NCBI GenBank assembly: GCA_029858305.1
Contig: JAOUFI010000085.1
Location: forward strand, 1 to 10,063
DNA: 10,063 nt
DNA from: Candidatus Thorarchaeota archaeon
Lineage (GTDB): Archaea > Asgardarchaeota > Thorarchaeia > Thorarchaeales > Thorarchaeaceae
Direction: 5' to 3'
This document shows, one piece after another, positions 7,940 to 10,063 of this stretch. The translations under genes and the position numbers were made by a program. Positions within the stretch are counted from its first letter, which is position 1. Every line of letters starts with the position of its first letter. The notes under the pieces are model-generated. The model did no database searches and was not told the DNA's origin. It was given only the letters and a program-made list of their open reading frames with translations.

Positions 7940-9231
7940 CTGAAGCAGGTAACACCTTCAAAGATGTTGTTTGTACCTTCTGTGGCTGTCTATGTGATGA
8001 TATCATCATCGAAACGGAAGGAGAGAAGATAACTAAGAACACGAATGGGTGCGCTATCTCAAAAGAACGATTTGTAGGACACATGGAGAACAGGTGCCTT
8101 CAACCAACTGTGAAAGGAAGCGCTGTCACTCTTGAAAAAGCCATAGAGAGAGCAGTAGAGATTATCGCTTCCTCCAAACGTTTTCTCATCTATGGATTAA
8201 GTTCTACAGAGAATGATGCTCAACGAGAAGCATACCGATTGGCAGAACTTGCTGGTGGTGTAGTGGACAATACGACTTCAGTCTGTCATGGTCCAACCAT
8301 CCTTGGAGCTCAGGAGTCTGGAGAAACAACAGCCTCACTAGCAGAGACTCGTCATCGTGCAGACATTGTCATTTACTGGGGAGCAAATCCTGCAGCTGCA
8401 CATCCGAGACATATACCTCACTATATTCGACAACCTGGTGAATATATCAAAGACCCAAAGAAAGACCGTCAGATTTGGCTTATAGACGTACGGGAAACAA
8501 CAACAGCCAGAATGGTCGATAGATTCATCAAAATCAATCCCGCAACAGATCTTGAAGTCATCGAGACATTGAGAGCGCTGATTCGCGGGACAAAACTTGA
8601 TGTTGTTGAAGTTGGTGGAATTAGCATCAAAGATCTTGAACAGATTGCAACTACAATGAAGACTGCAAAGTATGGTGTTCTCTTCTTTGGTCTAGGACTT
8701 ACTCAAAGCTTTGGAAGGCACCGGAATATCGATGCTGCAATCAGATTGATACAGGACCTCAATGCATATACAAAATGGGGATTGATGCCGATGAGAGGAC
8801 ACTACAATGTGTCTGGTGCAAACAAGACCTCCACATGGGTCACTGGTTATCCCTATGCAATTGATTTTGCTAGAGGATATCCAAGATTCTCGCCTGGCGA
8901 GTATACTGCAGTAGATATGCTTGCGCGTGGTGAACCAGATGTTTTGCTTAACATAGCTGCAGATCCTGTAGCACATTTTCCACGAGCAGCTGTAGCTTAT
9001 CTGGCTAAAATACCAGTAATTAACATTGACCCGAAATTCAATATGACGTCTCAATTAGCTGAGGTCAATATACCTGCAGCAATTGCTGGAATTGAATGTG
9101 ACGGGGCAGCGACACGGATGGACGGATTGCCCCTGTACCTGAAGAAAGTGATTGAACCTCCAGAAGGAGTCATTCCAGACCGAGACATTCTGAGAATGAT
9201 AATTAAATCGTTGGAGAAGGTGATGAAATAA
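7936..9231 (+). CDS. fwdB: Formylmethanofuran dehydrogenase subunit B (Mo/W-bisPGD catalytic subunit)
   Basis: N-terminal [4Fe-4S] motif CTFCGCLCDD...NGC, metal-ligand motif SVCHGP (TGT Cys at 8284-8286), 'RADIVIYWGANP...HPRH', 'PMRGHYNV', 'TGYPY' and 'RMDG'. Confidence 0.97.
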   Translation: MTEAGNTFKDVVCTFCGCLCDDIIIETEGEKITKNTNGCAISKERFVGHMENRCLQPTVKGSAVTLEKAIERAVEIIASSKRFLIYGLSSTENDAQREAYRLAELAGGVVDNTTSVCHGPTILGAQESGETTASLAETRHRADIVIYWGANPAAAHPRHIPHYIRQPGEYIKDPKKDRQIWLIDVRETTTARMVDRFIKINPATDLEVIETLRALIRGTKLDVVEVGGISIKDLEQIATTMKTAKYGVLFFGLGLTQSFGRHRNIDAAIRLIQDLNAYTKWGLMPMRGHYNVSGANKTSTWVTGYPYAIDFARGYPRFSPGEYTAVDMLARGEPDVLLNIAADPVAHFPRAAVAYLAKIPVINIDPKFNMTSQLAEVNIPAAIAGIECDGAATRMDGLPLYLKKVIEPPEGVIPDRDILRMIIKSLEKVMK

Positions 9232-10063
9232 TGGCAGAAGACCTCATTCTAAAAAACGGAGTAGTATTCGACCCAATGAATGGCATAGCAGGAGAAGTCA
9301 AGGACATCTGCATTTCAGATGGAAAAATAGTCGAGAAGGCTTCTGCGAAGGCAAAAGTAATTGATCTCAAAGGGAATACAGTAATGGCTGGAGGGGTTGA
9401 TCCCCACTCACATATCATCGGCTCTAAACTGAATGTCGCGAGAGTGACTGCTCCTGAAGTTAATAGACATCACCCATATCCTGCAACAAGAAAGACTCGT
9501 TCTGGTGTCGCAGGAATCATTCCTTCTTCGTTTGCAACGGGATTCCTATACTCAGCAATGGGTTACACGACAGTTGTTGAACCTGCACTGCCTGCAACAA
9601 AGGCACTCGGTTCATGGGAGGAGATTGAAGATATTCCTGGATTGGATATTGGATTACTCCCACTATTTTGTAACAGCATGATTACCTTCAAGTATGTTCA
9701 AGATAAAGACATCAGTGGACTTGCAGCATACATCGCTTGGACACTGAAGAAAGTAGGAGGACTTGGTGTCAAAGTAGTCAATCCTGGTGGAACCTACGCT
9801 TGGGCCTATGGAAAGAATGTCTGTGGTTTAGATGACGAAGTCCCTGAGTGGGATGTCACACCTAGAACAATTATGACAGGCCTTGCTCAAGCAGTCCAAG
9901 ATTTAGGCCTCCCTCATCAGATGCATTTTCATCCAACCAATCTTGGTAGGCCAGGGAATGTTCACACGACAATGCAACAGCTCGATGCAATCAAGAGTGT
10001 CAAACCATCAGGTAAGAAGAAGGAAGTCGTTCATCTGACACATATGGCATTTGATAGTCTTGG
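9231..10063 (+). CDS. fwdA: Formylmethanofuran dehydrogenase subunit A (binuclear amidohydrolase), 3'-truncated by the window
   Basis: Translated by hand because it is absent from the ORF track. ATG 9231 overlaps the fwdB stop (TAATG), with AGGTGA SD at 9218-9223. Reads MAEDLILKNGVVFDPMNG...MAGGVDPHSH...MGYTTVVEPA...VKVVNPGG...LPHQMHFHPTNLGRPGN...HLTHM and is open for 277 codons to the end. Confidence 0.95.
   Translation, partial: MAEDLILKNGVVFDPMNGIAGEVKDICISDGKIVEKASAKAKVIDLKGNTVMAGGVDPHSHIIGSKLNVARVTAPEVNRHHPYPATRKTRSGVAGIIPSSFATGFLYSAMGYTTVVEPALPATKALGSWEEIEDIPGLDIGLLPLFCNSMITFKYVQDKDISGLAAYIAWTLKKVGGLGVKVVNPGGTYAWAYGKNVCGLDDEVPEWDVTPRTIMTGLAQAVQDLGLPHQMHFHPTNLGRPGNVHTTMQQLDAIKSVKPSGKKKEVVHLTHMAFDSL

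Noticed and set aside
8281-8295. Selenocysteine in FwdB (as in FwuB of some methanogens)
   Set aside because: The ligand codon is TGT (Cys), the ORF has no in-frame TGA, and no convincing SECIS-like element was seen.
321-9418. Other short alternative-frame or antisense ORFs (e.g. 321-548, 1455-1847, 4699-5022, 5556-5894, 6518-6865, 8692-9054, 9203-9418)
   Set aside because: All overlap well-supported genes and show no motifs, so they are treated as shadow ORFs.

Overview
Archaeal-looking, densely coding window. The right half (4778 to the window end) is a tightly coupled H4MPT/methanofuran C1 operon in the order fwdC-mch-ftr-fwdD-fwdB-fwdA. fwdA starts at 9231, runs off the end and is missing from the ORF track. 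The left half holds the 3' part of an ArsB/NhaD (IT-superfamily) permease, a minus-strand pair (GbsR/MarR-type regulator plus a COG1233 phytoene-desaturase-like FAD oxidoreductase) and a divergently transcribed MFS transporter. The divergent intergenic region carries two distinct inverted-repeat elements beside TATA-like boxes. The most notable points are ftr and mch inserted inside the fwd cluster, a FwdA with intact metal ligands but altered conserved motifs, and a clear candidate operator. The host may be a non-methanogenic Wood-Ljungdahl archaeon such as an Asgard/Thorarchaeota-like lineage, but this is an unverified impression. No RNA genes, CRISPR arrays or mobile elements were seen, and I cannot claim a wholly new system.
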